Origin: Carcharhinus longimanus
Lineage: Eukaryota
Direction of reading: 5' to 3'
Length of the DNA: 64,000 bases
Assembly: GCA_030264375.1 (NCBI GenBank)
Contig: JASCQW010000132.1
Coordinates: forward strand, 91,286,341 to 91,350,340
Part shown: one piece after another, positions 26,886 to 38,702 of the stretch
Position numbering within the stretch: the stretch's first letter is position 1
Layout of the letters: each line of letters begins with the position of its first letter
The notes under the pieces: model-generated
Told to the model about the DNA's origin: nothing
Databases searched by the model: none
The model's input: only the letters and a program-made list of their open reading frames with translations
Translations under genes and position numbers: made by a program

Positions 26886-28261
26886 TTAAACAAGTGCTTA
26901 ACTAGCTAAAAATGTAGTTATACATAATTTTAACTTTTAGGGATATCCGAACATGCACATTCAGCTTTGTATTGATATTAATGTCAGGAAAAATGATAGC
27001 TCAACATTCAGGGAATATATATTCATTTCAACAACAGTCTCCAAGACACAAACTGGCATGAGCATATAAATTCATGATAACAGTAAGCAATAACTACAGC
27101 CCTTACGTTATCAGGTCAGGCTATAATAAAACTGCTCAACAAGTAACATGTCAATATATACAATTTACTGGCACACTCAGGATAGGACATGCTTCAGCAG
27201 CCAAACAGATTTTCCCTACAGAATGTTATGGAACTGCATGATCACTACAGTCTAGAAACTTAATAATACATTATCGAAATGGCAAATAAGACTGTCTCAT
27301 GGCTGGATAGTTGGAACATCTCCAAAAAAAAAAGTAGACACTTAATTTTTCCACTTGCGAGGTTACAGCAGTGGGTGATAATTTATCGCACATTCTGATA
27401 GTGTGCCAGCTGGCTCCAGTCAAAGCTGTTTATTAATTGAATCATACGACTTGTTTATCAGCAGAGGCTACATTCTCCAGTCACAGGCCAAGCCCTGCTA
27501 GTTCCAGCCTGTCTGCTGCTCTGCTCTGATGATTTACATGAAAACTGTAAAGACCATAGTCAAATAGTTTACCGACTGGGTTGGGGAATAGTTCATACAT
27601 TTACCATTATCAGGTGCTGCCAGAAAACACTATATTGTTAGACGCACACTGTGTGTGTATGGATGAATATTCAAAGATCAGCTTTGACTTTTGAATGCAA
27701 TCCTGATTAACCAAAAATAAATTCTAACATACTGAGGTTTTAGTTTTTCAGAGCTGAAAGAGAGGGTTAATTTCCTCAGAAACTCTGTCTTCGTAAATTC
27801 AGTAGAAACCCTGTTTCTGGGTGTCAGCTGTATCTTGTTATATACCTCTGGCAGAAATGCAGCAGGGAGATCCTCAGGAAATTCATCCACATCCACATGG
27901 AATCAGAATCATTTTACTTCAACAGTATGAAATAAAGAAGATGGATTTACATTCTTGACATTCTTATTTTTTCCAGTAGGACAAATTGTTAGAATAATCT
28001 CAAATTTTGACAAAAATTAGCATTGTTGTTAATGATGGGTTATTTGGTGAATTCTGCCCTGTTATTTAGAATACACAATGTATTAGCTGCTTCTGCAAGT
28101 TGTAAAAAATGTAGGTCCCAGGTGGCTTATATGCAATGCAACAGAATGTACTTGGTGGTAGGAGGCAAACTTGAATATTGATTATCAAGAGTGGTTCAGT
28201 GGCATGACTGCTGACTAAACTGGCTGAGCCCTTAGGAATATAGCTGAGAGACTGAGCCTGT

Positions 28262-28740
28262 AGTAAGAACAAAAGAAATATGTACAGGAATAAACCATTC
28301 AGCCCCTTGAGCCAGCTCTGCCATTTAATACGATCATGGCTGATCTTTTATCTGAATTCCACTTTCCCACCCACTTCCCATATTCCTTGAAATAAATGCA
28401 AAATGCTGTAAATGCTGGAAATCTGAAATAAAAACAGAAAACGCTGGAAAAACTTTGCAGGTCAAGCAGCATTTGTGAAGAGGGAAACAGGGTTAAAGGT
28501 GTCCAGTCTGTATTACTGTCCTGAGGAGGAACCAAGCAAACCCAACACCTTAACTCTGTTTCTCTCTCCACAAATGCTACCAGACTTGCTGAGTTTTTCC
28601 AGCATTTTCTGTTTTTATCCTACATTTCTTGATTCCCTGAGAGATTAAAAATCTGTTCAGTTCACCCTGAAATATATTCAATGATTGAGATAGAGAATCT
28701 CAAAGATTCACAACCTAACTGAAGAAATCTTTCCTTAACC
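28262..28740 (-). mobile_element. CR1 3' fragment with a nested Penelope-like palindrome (28395-28617)
   Basis: CCATTCAGCCCCTTGAGCCAGCTCTGCCATTTAATACGATCATGGCTGATC is the CR1 tail (reverse complement). The insert's AAAACAGAAAACGCTGGAAAAACT pairs with AGTTTTTCCAGCATTTTCTGTTTT. Confidence 0.65.
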
Positions 28741-28805
28741 CTTTGCGATTGTTAAAAGTAAACATGATTGTATGTACATTTTATGCACACTCATTGGAAC
28801 CATGA

Positions 28806-28932
28806 AGCTATCAAAGAACTGCCAAGCTTTCAAGGAATTGTCAAGCTGCCAAAGAACTGTCCAAATGTCAAGCAACAGTGAAAGAACTACCAAGCTATCA
28901 AAGAACTGTCATGCTGTCAAGGAACTGTCAAA
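28806..28932. repeat. Degenerate 19-bp minisatellite (~6-7 units)
   Basis: AAGCTATCAAAGAACTGCC / AAGCTTTCAAGGAATTGTC / AAGCTGCCAAAGAACTGTC / ... / AAGCTATCAAAGAACTGTC / ATGCTGTCAAGGAACTGTC. Confidence 0.85.
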
Positions 28933-29714
28933 GGATATGAGTTGAGATGGCATAGAGGGGTTTATGACAATGGGTGGTGGGTGGTGAATGTAGGTTGGTA
29001 TAAGTTAACACTTAGTTCATATAAGGACTATTAAGGGCCTTGGGGATGTTGGGGACATGGGAGTATGAGAGGCCATTGAGATGGGTAGAGATGGGCTGAC
29101 CTACATTACAAGGGTCTTGAGAGGGATAAGGGACATATTGATGTGGAAATATGAGGGGCCATGTAGGGTGGATGNNNNNNNNNNNNNNNNNNNNNNNNNN
29201 NNNNNNNNNNNNNNNNNNNNNNNNNNNNNNNNNNNNNNNNNNNNNNNNNNNNNNNNNNNNNNNNNNNNNNNNNNGCATGAGTTGGCATAGTTTGACATGG
29301 ATGCAACATGGGGAGTATGTGGGTGGTGAGAGATGGAGGGCTGTCTTTTGTTTTATTCATTTTTAAAATTTAATTCAACTCAGAGCCAGAGCACAGAGGC
29401 AGGCCTATTGCATGTTCCCAACTTTTAATCCAGCACCCATCCTGGAATGAAAATATGAAGTGCATTTTGCCATTTGTAAACATCAGATTCACTGTGCCGG
29501 TAATTCACCCATGTTTGCATACCTGAACAGGAAGCATACATAGAGACCTGGGTTTCTTGATGAAACCCATAAGTGAATCCCGGCTTATATTGCTAAAGTA
29601 ATACTTTATTTCTTTTGGTTATGCATAAGCAATTGTATCTGGATTGTATTTCCATAAGGACCATAAAAGTGCATTGAGAAAATTGAATATATGTGAGTTA
29701 ATCATTCTCCCCCT

Positions 29715-30072
29715 TCAACACTAGTACCCAGTGGCTAAAGCATGCACCATTTACAAGATCCACTGCAGCAAATTGTCAAGGCTTCTTTAACACCACTTTC
29801 CAAACCCTTGATCTCTACCATCTAGAAGGACATGTGCAGCAAGCAGATGGGAACAGAATAATCTCCAACTTTCCCTCCAAGTCACAAACTATCCTTCATG
29901 CACTGGGAGACAAATCCTGGAAGTCTTTTCCTAACAGCACTGTGGCAGTGCCTTCACCACATACACTGCGGCAGTTCAAGAGGCAACTGCATCTTCACAA
30001 AGGGAATTACCGAAAGACAATAAATGCTGTCTTTGCCCCTGTGGCCCACATCCCATAAATGAATAAAAAAAC
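29715..30072 (+). mobile_element. 3' end of a second CR1-group LINE family (tail ...CCCACATCCCATAAATGAATAAAAAA)
   Basis: The same family occurs at 42545-43430 (-), 54295-54860 (+, more 5' part), 56195-56337 (+) and 63478-64000 (-). Confidence 0.7.
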
Positions 30073-32942
30073 CCACATTTTGGAGCATGAGTTAATGAAG
30101 GCCATGATAATGGATGGATAAGTAACTCCATTGTCCTTGAGTTGGGTGCTTGGAACTATTAAATGAGTAGGTGCATTGATGTGTGACTAGGGTCAAATAT
30201 AGGTCCATTTAGGTAAAGCAGCAGTTTCTATTCCAAAAGGGTATTAAAATATATAATTGGAATATAAGACAATCCAACAAGTCCACAAGTATTTATTTGC
30301 TGACTTTATTTGAAATTGAATGTAAATTCTCAAACTGCCAAAGTGTGATTTGAACTCATCATCTGCATTATTTGTTCAAACCTCTGGATTATAGCCAACA
30401 AGATAATGACTATGCTACTGCTATTTAATCTTGGTCTGCACTGAATGAAGGTGATAATCCTTCTGTAGTAGCAGGATTCAGGAACCAGCATTTCCATGGT
30501 ATAGATATCCACAAAAGAATTAAAGGTCATATGGTTTGTTTTACATCTAGTCTTGGATGAGCAGAAACATTCATCAATAAATCCTGGGACTACTGAAGCC
30601 ATGTTTCCTGTCCCTGGCAGTCACTAGTCACTAATTTGATCCCTCTCCCTTGCCCTTGCCATTGCCTTTGGCCAAACCATATTGTTTACAATCCTGGCTT
30701 GATATTTGACCATGACCAACAACACCCATTCCAACAAGGTTGCTTACTTCTATCCTCATAAGATCACCAAACTCCACCTCTGCCCCTGCTCATCTGCAGT
30801 TTGAAAGCCTCAGCCATGTTCCAGGAAGACTGCCAGGGCCATCTCCTCCTAATAATCACCATATGGGAGATGATTCAATTCTGTTTATTTGTTTTGCTCA
30901 CAATTAACAACGGGTTCTTGGTATAAACCAAACAAGCCAGGTTTTGTGCCCTGTCTCACCACAATCCACTTATTGCATTAAATTTTAGGCCTTCGAGCCA
31001 GCATTCCCTATCCAGTTTAAATCATTTAAAAGCATAAAAGCATTTTTGCGGGCTTTTTGTATTTACCGCTTTAAGAATTCTGAGGGAGTGGTTAGAGGGG
31101 AGTTGCGGGCCAGCAAGTTTTAATTATCAGGTGGTCACACGGTGAAGCCTTCCATTGTTTGCTGGAGTGAAGCAGCAGAGAGAGAGATAAGAATTTACCT
31201 GTTAAAAACCTGTTTAAATAAGTTTAAAGCACTTTGTACCTTGTAGAACTGTTTAAATCATTTAAAAGCATNNNNNNNNNNNNNNNNNNNNNNNNNNNNN
31301 NNNNNNNNNNNNNNNNNNNNNNNNNNNNNNNNNNNNNNNNNNNNNNNNNNNNNNNNNNNNNNNNNNNNNNNTCTTATTGAATGGCGGGGCAGGCTCGAAG
31401 GGCTAGATGGCCTACTCCTGCTCCTATTTCTTATGTTCTTATGTTTGCATGCCTCCTCCATGGCCTCAATGCCAACTTAATGGTAACCATGTCCCATTCA
31501 GCCCCATGGCCCCTTATAACCAGTCTCATGCTAAATTAATGTCAATTCACCCACCACCTTTGATCCTACATTCCAACTCACCCAGTATCCACCATGGGCT
31601 GAACATCAGGCGCCATTCTAAGATGAGATAAAATAAATATGTTTTACAGCAGCCACTACGTTAAAAAAAATTCCCATTCATGAAAGACCATTCAAAACAT
31701 TTAAATCTTTCAAGTTCTTTATCCTTTAGAATCAAACAAAAATTTATAACTTCACATCAAAGATAACTAATCCTTTAATAAACTCCGAGTGCTGTCAAAC
31801 TGTGAACTTAAAACCCCTTGCTGAGATAATTATACCTGATGGAAAATCAGTTAAGAATTCTCAATGACATACGGAGGGCCTTGAAGAAATGTTACCAAAC
31901 ATTTGTAATTGCTAGAACAGAGTCTTTTCAGCTCTCACTGATGCAGGCAGTTTGATGTTACTTTAATTTTTCAAGTACTGGAGACTTACTTAACTTCACA
32001 TCATGGCACTCCTACAGATGTTATCCTCCTTAACAAGTGCTTTTACACCTACTCTAAAGGTTTGTGACTTTTACACTCCTCTAATCAAGAAAGGAGCAGG
32101 TACAGGGGACTGAATGGCATACCCCTGCTCCTAATTCATATGTATTTATGCCTACACTGTGGGTGAAGCCTCTTGCTACAATAAAAATGGCATCTGTTTG
32201 AACTCAGCACTGAATTCAAATTGCTCTGCTGAGTTTGAACAGTTCAGTTCAGTTCAGTTTTGCTCATTTGTATGTCACATGCTGCCCCCACTTCCCTACT
32301 GATGAAATTGAGATCATTTGGAAGTGAAGGCTGCAAATTCACATCCAGGTCACACCTGCCATGTTTAAAAGGTCCATAGATTCTCCACAACTCCGTGAAA
32401 ATCTGGGCCTAAGTATTCTTTCTGTTGCCATGCTAATCCTGTGGCTAATCCATTATAATGCCACAACTTATTTTGTATATATTGTATGAAATGTTGCTGA
32501 CATTTGTTTAGTTTTTCAGTATATCCATCCATTTTGGGCCAGTTGCACTCTATCCCAGAGAATCTGGAAAGTGATGTCAGTCTGTCAGAGCAATCCCATC
32601 CCTTTTCAGCTCGGATTAATAAAGGCATCCAGCACAATCCCAGTGGAAACTTCTAGCTACTGTTTGTACAGTGACATTTTCAATATTTAATAAATTAGTC
32701 TAGTGATTTACAGCCTCAACTACAATCTGGGAGGGTGTGGTTTCTAGCACTTTGCCAAGACAAGGTGATTCTGGTGTTTGTTCATGAAAAAGGGTCTCTT
32801 TCACCTTCAGGTTTTGAGAGATTTACCTTGGTAATGGCTAAGTAAAAGCAAACACGTTCACAGGAGTCTGTATGAGAGTAGTCAGTGACAGGGAACTATC
32901 CCTTGCAAAAACTCTAAACTGTAACATAATCTATTGATGAAC

Positions 32943-33228
32943 AGGGTGGCACAGTAGTACAGTGGTTAGCACAGCTGCCTCACAGTGCCAGGGACCTGGG
33001 TTCAATTCCTGGCTTGGGTCACTGTCTGTGTGGAGTTTGCATGTTCTCTCCGTGTCTGCGTGGATTTCCTCCAGGTGCTCTGGTTTCCTTCCACAGTCTG
33101 AAAGATGCGCTGGTTAGGTGCATTGACCAAAACAGGCGCCCGGGTGTGGCGACCAGGGGAATTTCACACTACCTTCATTACAATGTAATGTAAGCCTGAC
33201 TTGTGACTAATAAATAATAAATAAACTT
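32943..33228 (+). mobile_element. V-SINE with HE1 head/V domain but an alternative 3' tail
   Basis: HE1 head and V domain, then GTGTGGCGACCAGGGGAATTTCACAC...GTAAGCCTGACTTGTGACTAATAAATAATAAATAAA. Confidence 0.85.
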
Positions 33229-34188
33229 TTGAATAGCGACCTAATGCCTTAGCATATGGGTGTTGTGTCATGCACTAGACGAATGCAGATTTGTACTTCC
33301 AGTTCTCAACATAATAAAAATCCTGATCTTGGCAATAACGTCAGAAAGATGGATAGAAAAAAAACTGCTCTACAGGTTCTATTGTCTGGTTATACAGTAG
33401 TATTACTTATAGAACAGTATTGTCAAAAGTGTGTGTTGTGATGCTGGTGAAGGGCTGAGAAGGGGAGATAGACATTTTATCTATCAATGCATACAAACAG
33501 AATTATAATGCAACAATACATTTTCCATATTTATTACTTGTTGCCTGCAACAAATTGCTTTTAATGGTGTTTTTATAGTGCTGATGGTTGACTCTACCAG
33601 TACGTTGTTAACTAATCCACAATTGTTATAATTTAATAGAATGTTGCAACACAGAAATGGGCTATTTGGTCCATCAAGTTTCTGTGCCATAGAAAAAATA
33701 ATAATTAAAAAATAAATTGAATTCAACATATCTGACTGACTAAGCTTCTGAAATGTGCTTGATGGCACATAATTCTATTTAACGAACATATACAATTTTG
33801 CTGAGCCATTAATTAAAAAATAATCAAAGTCAAATCTCAAAACGTGTCTTTTATAGATTAAAATATGCAAAGCTCCCATTCATTTTAAGGACACAAAAGT
33901 AAATTTGTTTATCCACTCTTCCACCCACACAATATATTGACGACAAAGTTTCATTTCAATTAAAGAAACTAATAATGTATAAAAGGAAAAGTGATTGTGA
34001 GGGCATCACAAACCACCCCAATCATTTTGAGATCAGCCCCTGTAGCTTTAGGTCACTGTCTCCTTTTCACTCGTGAAGCCACCAGCACCCATTTTCAGCA
34101 TGCTGTAGCCTGCAGCGTGTGTGGTTCCCAGTTCAGTGTTTGATCAAGATATACCAGCACTCACCAGTTTCCAAATTTGGTCATAGTA

Positions 34189-34460
34189 AGAACATAAGAA
34201 CATAAGAAATAGGAGCAGGAGTAGGCCATCTAGCCCCTCGAGCCTGCCCCGCCATTCAATNNNNNNNNNNNNNNNNNNNNNNNNNNNNNNNNNNNNNNNN
34301 NNNNNNNNNNNNNNNNNNNNNNNNNNNNNNNNNNNNNNNNNNNNNNNNNNNNNNNNNNNNTTCCTGACCACCTGCTGCACCTGCAGGCTGGGTTTTTGTG
34401 ACTCATGCACAAGGACCCTGAGGTCCCTCTGCACCGTTGCATGCTGCAGTTTTTCGCCAT
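34189..34460 (-). mobile_element. Young CR1 LINE spanning an assembly gap
   Basis: 3' tail AAGAACATAAGAACATAAGAAATAGGAGCAGGAGTAGGCC lies left of the gap. To the right it translates VQRDLRVLVHESQKPSLQVQQVVR (CR1 ORF2). Confidence 0.85.
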
Positions 34461-36776
34461 GATAGTATATCATCACTCCCCAGTTCCCAATTCAGTCCTC
34501 TTCCTGCTAAGTCAACCAAATCTAGAGCTCAGCCCTCCACTCTGCCACTTTTTAGATACCGTATCATGTGCATCACTATTATACAGATACACTTGCAAAT
34601 GTGCACACAATATAAGCCTAAACCCTATTTAACCCTAATAGTTAAAAAACAAATAGCATGATGCAGATCTCACATTTAACCATTTAACATAAGAAGCTAT
34701 AGGATCCAAAAATTCATTTCAGTGCATTTGAATTATCCCTGATTTCAAAAACTGAGTACGTAGTTCAATCCTGCATACCCTCAATTTATTTTCTCGCCAA
34801 ATGCTTCTTCAACTCTCTTAAAATCACTGATGTTATCAACCTCAATCATCTTGTGGCAGTGCATTCCAATCATTTGTCACCCTCAGCGTTAAATTCGTAC
34901 ATGTGACCTGTTTTTACCCCTTCTCCCTTCCTCTGATTTTCATCCCACAGACCAAAACTGCAGTTGAGCAACCTTTATATAGTGAGGCATGTGCATTTTG
35001 TGAAGAAAAATCAATAACTTGCTGATGAACAATGAACTAATGCAAACTCATTGAAATATGATCATAAAGAATCACTGTATTATTAATGACATGCCTCCAT
35101 TACTGGCAGTAATGTTTCTTATGTATTCATTAATTCCCCTACACTCCTTGTTAATGTTGCTAATTCTGAACCCTGTGGCTGAATTCTTAGGATTAAAGAT
35201 GGCTAGCAGAGTGTGTGACGGGAATCAGAACAAAATGAATTGCGACATAAAAAATATATGACAGTGGAGTTTAAAAAAATCTGTCAATCTCAAAGTCATA
35301 TACTGCAGATTACCTTCATAAGATTTACTATTTTGCTTCAATTTAAGCTCCTTTAGTGCCCTCGCTATATTCCATTCTGGTCCTCTTTCCCAAGCTGCTA
35401 AAAATAGTTCAAAGAAACCTTATCAGAACCTGACTATCTCGAATCCAAAAATGAAAGAAGTTGCAGTTATATTCAAGGTTACAAGATGGGTATTTGGGTT
35501 TGATAATGCACATATAATGATNNNNNNNNNNNNNNNNNNNNNNNNNNNNNNNNNNNNNNNNNNNNNNNNNNNNNNNNNNNNNNNNNNNNNNNNNNNNNNN
35601 NNNNNNNNNNNNNNNNNNNNNNNNNNNNNNNNNNNNNNNNNNNNNNNNNNNNNNNNNNNNNNNNNNNNNNNNNNNNNNNNNNNNNNNNNNNNNNNNNNNN
35701 NNNAATGCAAAATGCTTTCTATCAAGGAAAGATCTTTTCACTTTATCTAAATTTGATGCAAAAGCTAGCCTGCAGTTTTCTTACTCCAAAATAAAATATA
35801 GATATTAAATAAGCTTATGTAACTTGTCCTGAAATTGCCACAATAAATCAGTCTAGTTGCTTTTCCCTGGTTGAGATTTTCATTGAAACATTCTCCTGAG
35901 TGTGGACATGCCATCTGCCGTGTTTCTACTATTCTCCGCCCCGAGGCTAATTATAAGCATTAACTTTCAAATTCAATGCATTAATTACTCTTATCAGATC
36001 CTTTGCTGCTTTTGGTGAGGTGATATTTAACTCCCCCGAGGCTATAATTTGGTTTACCAGAGACTGTAAATGTTATTAATTTTACCGTCAGACAGGTGCA
36101 TTGACACTCGTTTGTGGCAGCGCCTTGGTAGGATTAATAGAAAGAAGCACCTGCATTGCACTAAATAATACAGCAGAGCTCGTAAATATTCAAACTAGAC
36201 CCGTCTGACTTTCAAATTGCTCAAAAACTTCATACTCTGAATTATGGGGAATTCTATCCAAGCTTTTGATGTAACCTCACTGCTTTTTTCTATTTCCATC
36301 ATTTATACTCCCTGTTCTGTATCCTTTCATTTATAAAATATCTATATGTAAACCTGAAATAAATCAAAGAGAAAGAATAGGTCTTATTTTGTTGATTTTT
36401 GAAAAGAGGCTATCACTGCAAAAATTGGAAGAAGTGGATTATTTTCCAAACAGAGAAGTTTCCAACAGCACAGAAAATAACTCTGGGGTGAGTCAGCAGT
36501 TGCATGATGAAAATCTTGCTGTACAGAGGAGCATTTTTAGTTCAACAAAAGCAGCTTTATATATTGCAGACCATCACAAATAATTTTTTTGCTCGTTTTT
36601 GAGGTCAGTTTGAGTCATGTACATCTGTATTGAGGAGGGAGAGTAGCTAGTCTTTCAGCCATATGTTTGAGGAACTGCCAGAAGGTGCATAAAACAGACA
36701 GATGACAACCCACATTTGGAGTATTTTCTGCTTCCCGTGGGGATGAATCTGGCCTCTACTTGGAACCTCCTTATAG

Positions 36777-37088
36777 GACGGTACAGTGGCACAGTAGTTA
36801 GCACTGCTGCCTCACAGTGCCAGAGAAACAGGTTCAATTCCAGCCTCAGGTCACTGTCTGCGTGGAGTTTGCACATTCTCCCTGCGTCTGTGTGGGTTTC
36901 TTCCAGATGCTCCCGTTTCCTCCCACAATCCAGAGATGTGTGGGAGGACATGCTAAATTGATTCTAGTGTCAGGGAGATTAGCAGGGTAAATATGTGGGG
37001 TTATGGGAATCCCTAGTGGGATAGTGGTTGGTGCAGACTCAATGGGCCAAATGGCCTCCTTCTGCATTGTAGAATCTTTGATTCTATA
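36777..37088 (+). mobile_element. HE1-like V-SINE
   Basis: GTACAGTGGCACAGTAGTTAGCACTGCTGCCTCACAGTGCCAG head, V domain, and GGCCAAATGGCCTCCTTCTGCATTGTAG tail. Confidence 0.88.
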
Positions 37089-37651
37089 ACTGAGAGCTGA
37101 AACTCAAGTTTGTTGCATAGTGGCTTAGTGATGTAAATACATGTCCACCACACAATGAAGTTGTATATTATAATTCCAATATACTCTCTACAACGCTAAA
37201 TATATTTTGATAGAGCATTTTAATCCCCAGTCACAAACACAAGAGTTACAACTGTCACTTTGAACAGGCTTGAGGGCTGAATTTGCTGTTTCCGTGTTCT
37301 TATTACTATTGATGGCAACATTCATTAAATTAACTGGAGAGTTAAGGAAACATCAATTTGACGGTTACCTGGGTTAAAAACAGCTATCCCTATTGTTGAT
37401 CCATCTATGTCACTCTTATACTCACTATGAATTAAAATATCTTTGCATCGAGATAACAATTAATAGGCTCCAAGAACTAGGGAATTCTAAAATTCCTTGC
37501 TCCTGGCTCAGGGTTACAAAACAGTAAGTATCTGACAACTAATAAGCTGAACTAAAGCCAAACCACGGTGAGGCCTATTACGGAGCTGACAATGCAATTA
37601 TAGGTCTTTCCCTCATGTTAAACTAATTTTCAAGAAGCTAATTTTAAGGTT

Positions 37652-38702
37652 TGGGAGTATTCTACCAGAAAAAAATTCGAAGTGTCGAATTTACGTGAAA
37701 ACTGGACTAAATCACACTGTTTTTTTCAACGGGAGTTTAGAAATGAATTTCCCACTCTGTGCACTGCAGTGTGCCTTGCGAGATTCATGTTGAAAAGCTG
37801 GGGTGGTGCCTATTCCTACCTGGAAGGCCAGCAGCAAAGTGCTGTGTGTGTCATTGTGCATACACTGATTTGTTAGTGCTGAGATCGGCACTTGCGCAGT
37901 CATCCCTGTCTGATAGCTTAGCCAGTCATGCGATCCCCACAAGTCTGCCTCCACCCCCAATGGCCCAATTGCTGGCCCCCCCAACCAGGTCCAGGCCCAG
38001 GCCCNNNNNNNNNNNNNNNNNNNNNNNNNNNNNNNNNNNNNNNNNNNNNNNNNNNNNNNNNNNNNNNNNNNNNNNNNNNNNNNNNNNNNNNNNNNNNNNN
38101 NNNNNNNNNNNNNNNNNNNNNNNNNNNNNNNNNNNNNNNNNNNNNNNNNNNNNNNNNNNNNNNNNNNNNNNNNNNNNNNNNNNNNNNNNNNNNNNNNNNN
38201 NNNNNNNNNNNNNNNNNNNNNNNNNNNNNNNNNNNNNNNNNNNNNNNNNNNNNNNNNNNNNNNNNNNNNNNNNNNNNNNNNNNNNNNNNNNNNNNNNNNN
38301 NNNNNNNNNNNNNNNNNNNNNNNNNNNNNNNNNNNNNNNNNNNNNNNNNNNNNNNNNNNNNNNNNNNNNNNNNNNNNNNNNNNNNNNNNNNNNNNNNNNN
38401 NNNNNNNNNNNNNNNNNNNNNNNNNNNNNNNNNNNNNNNNNNNNNNNNNNNNNNNNNNNNNNNNNNNNNNNNNNNNNNNNNNNNNNNNNNNNNNNNNNNN
38501 NNNNNNNNNCCTCCCCATCCTGATGGCCAGCCCCAGCTGTTGCCTCCCTCCCGATCCCTATGCAGCGTGGCAGGGGGACCCACCACCCCCACCGATCACT
38601 CCAACAGGCCCTGCCTCATAAGGTCCTGTCCCTATATGCCCCACCCCCTTGGCACAGCCCTATGCCTGCTGGGCAGTGCCAAGGTGCCCTTGGGCATGGC
38701 AC
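37652..38702. mobile_element. MITE of the same family as 12460-13240, opposite orientation, gapped
   Basis: GAATTTACGTGAAAACTGG...CTGTGCACTGCAG...GTGCTGAGATCGGCACTTGCGCA aligns with the reverse complement of 12990-13235. Confidence 0.6.

Noticed and set aside
28806-28932. CRISPR-like array
   Set aside because: Degenerate tandem units with no unique spacers, in eukaryotic DNA with no cas genes.
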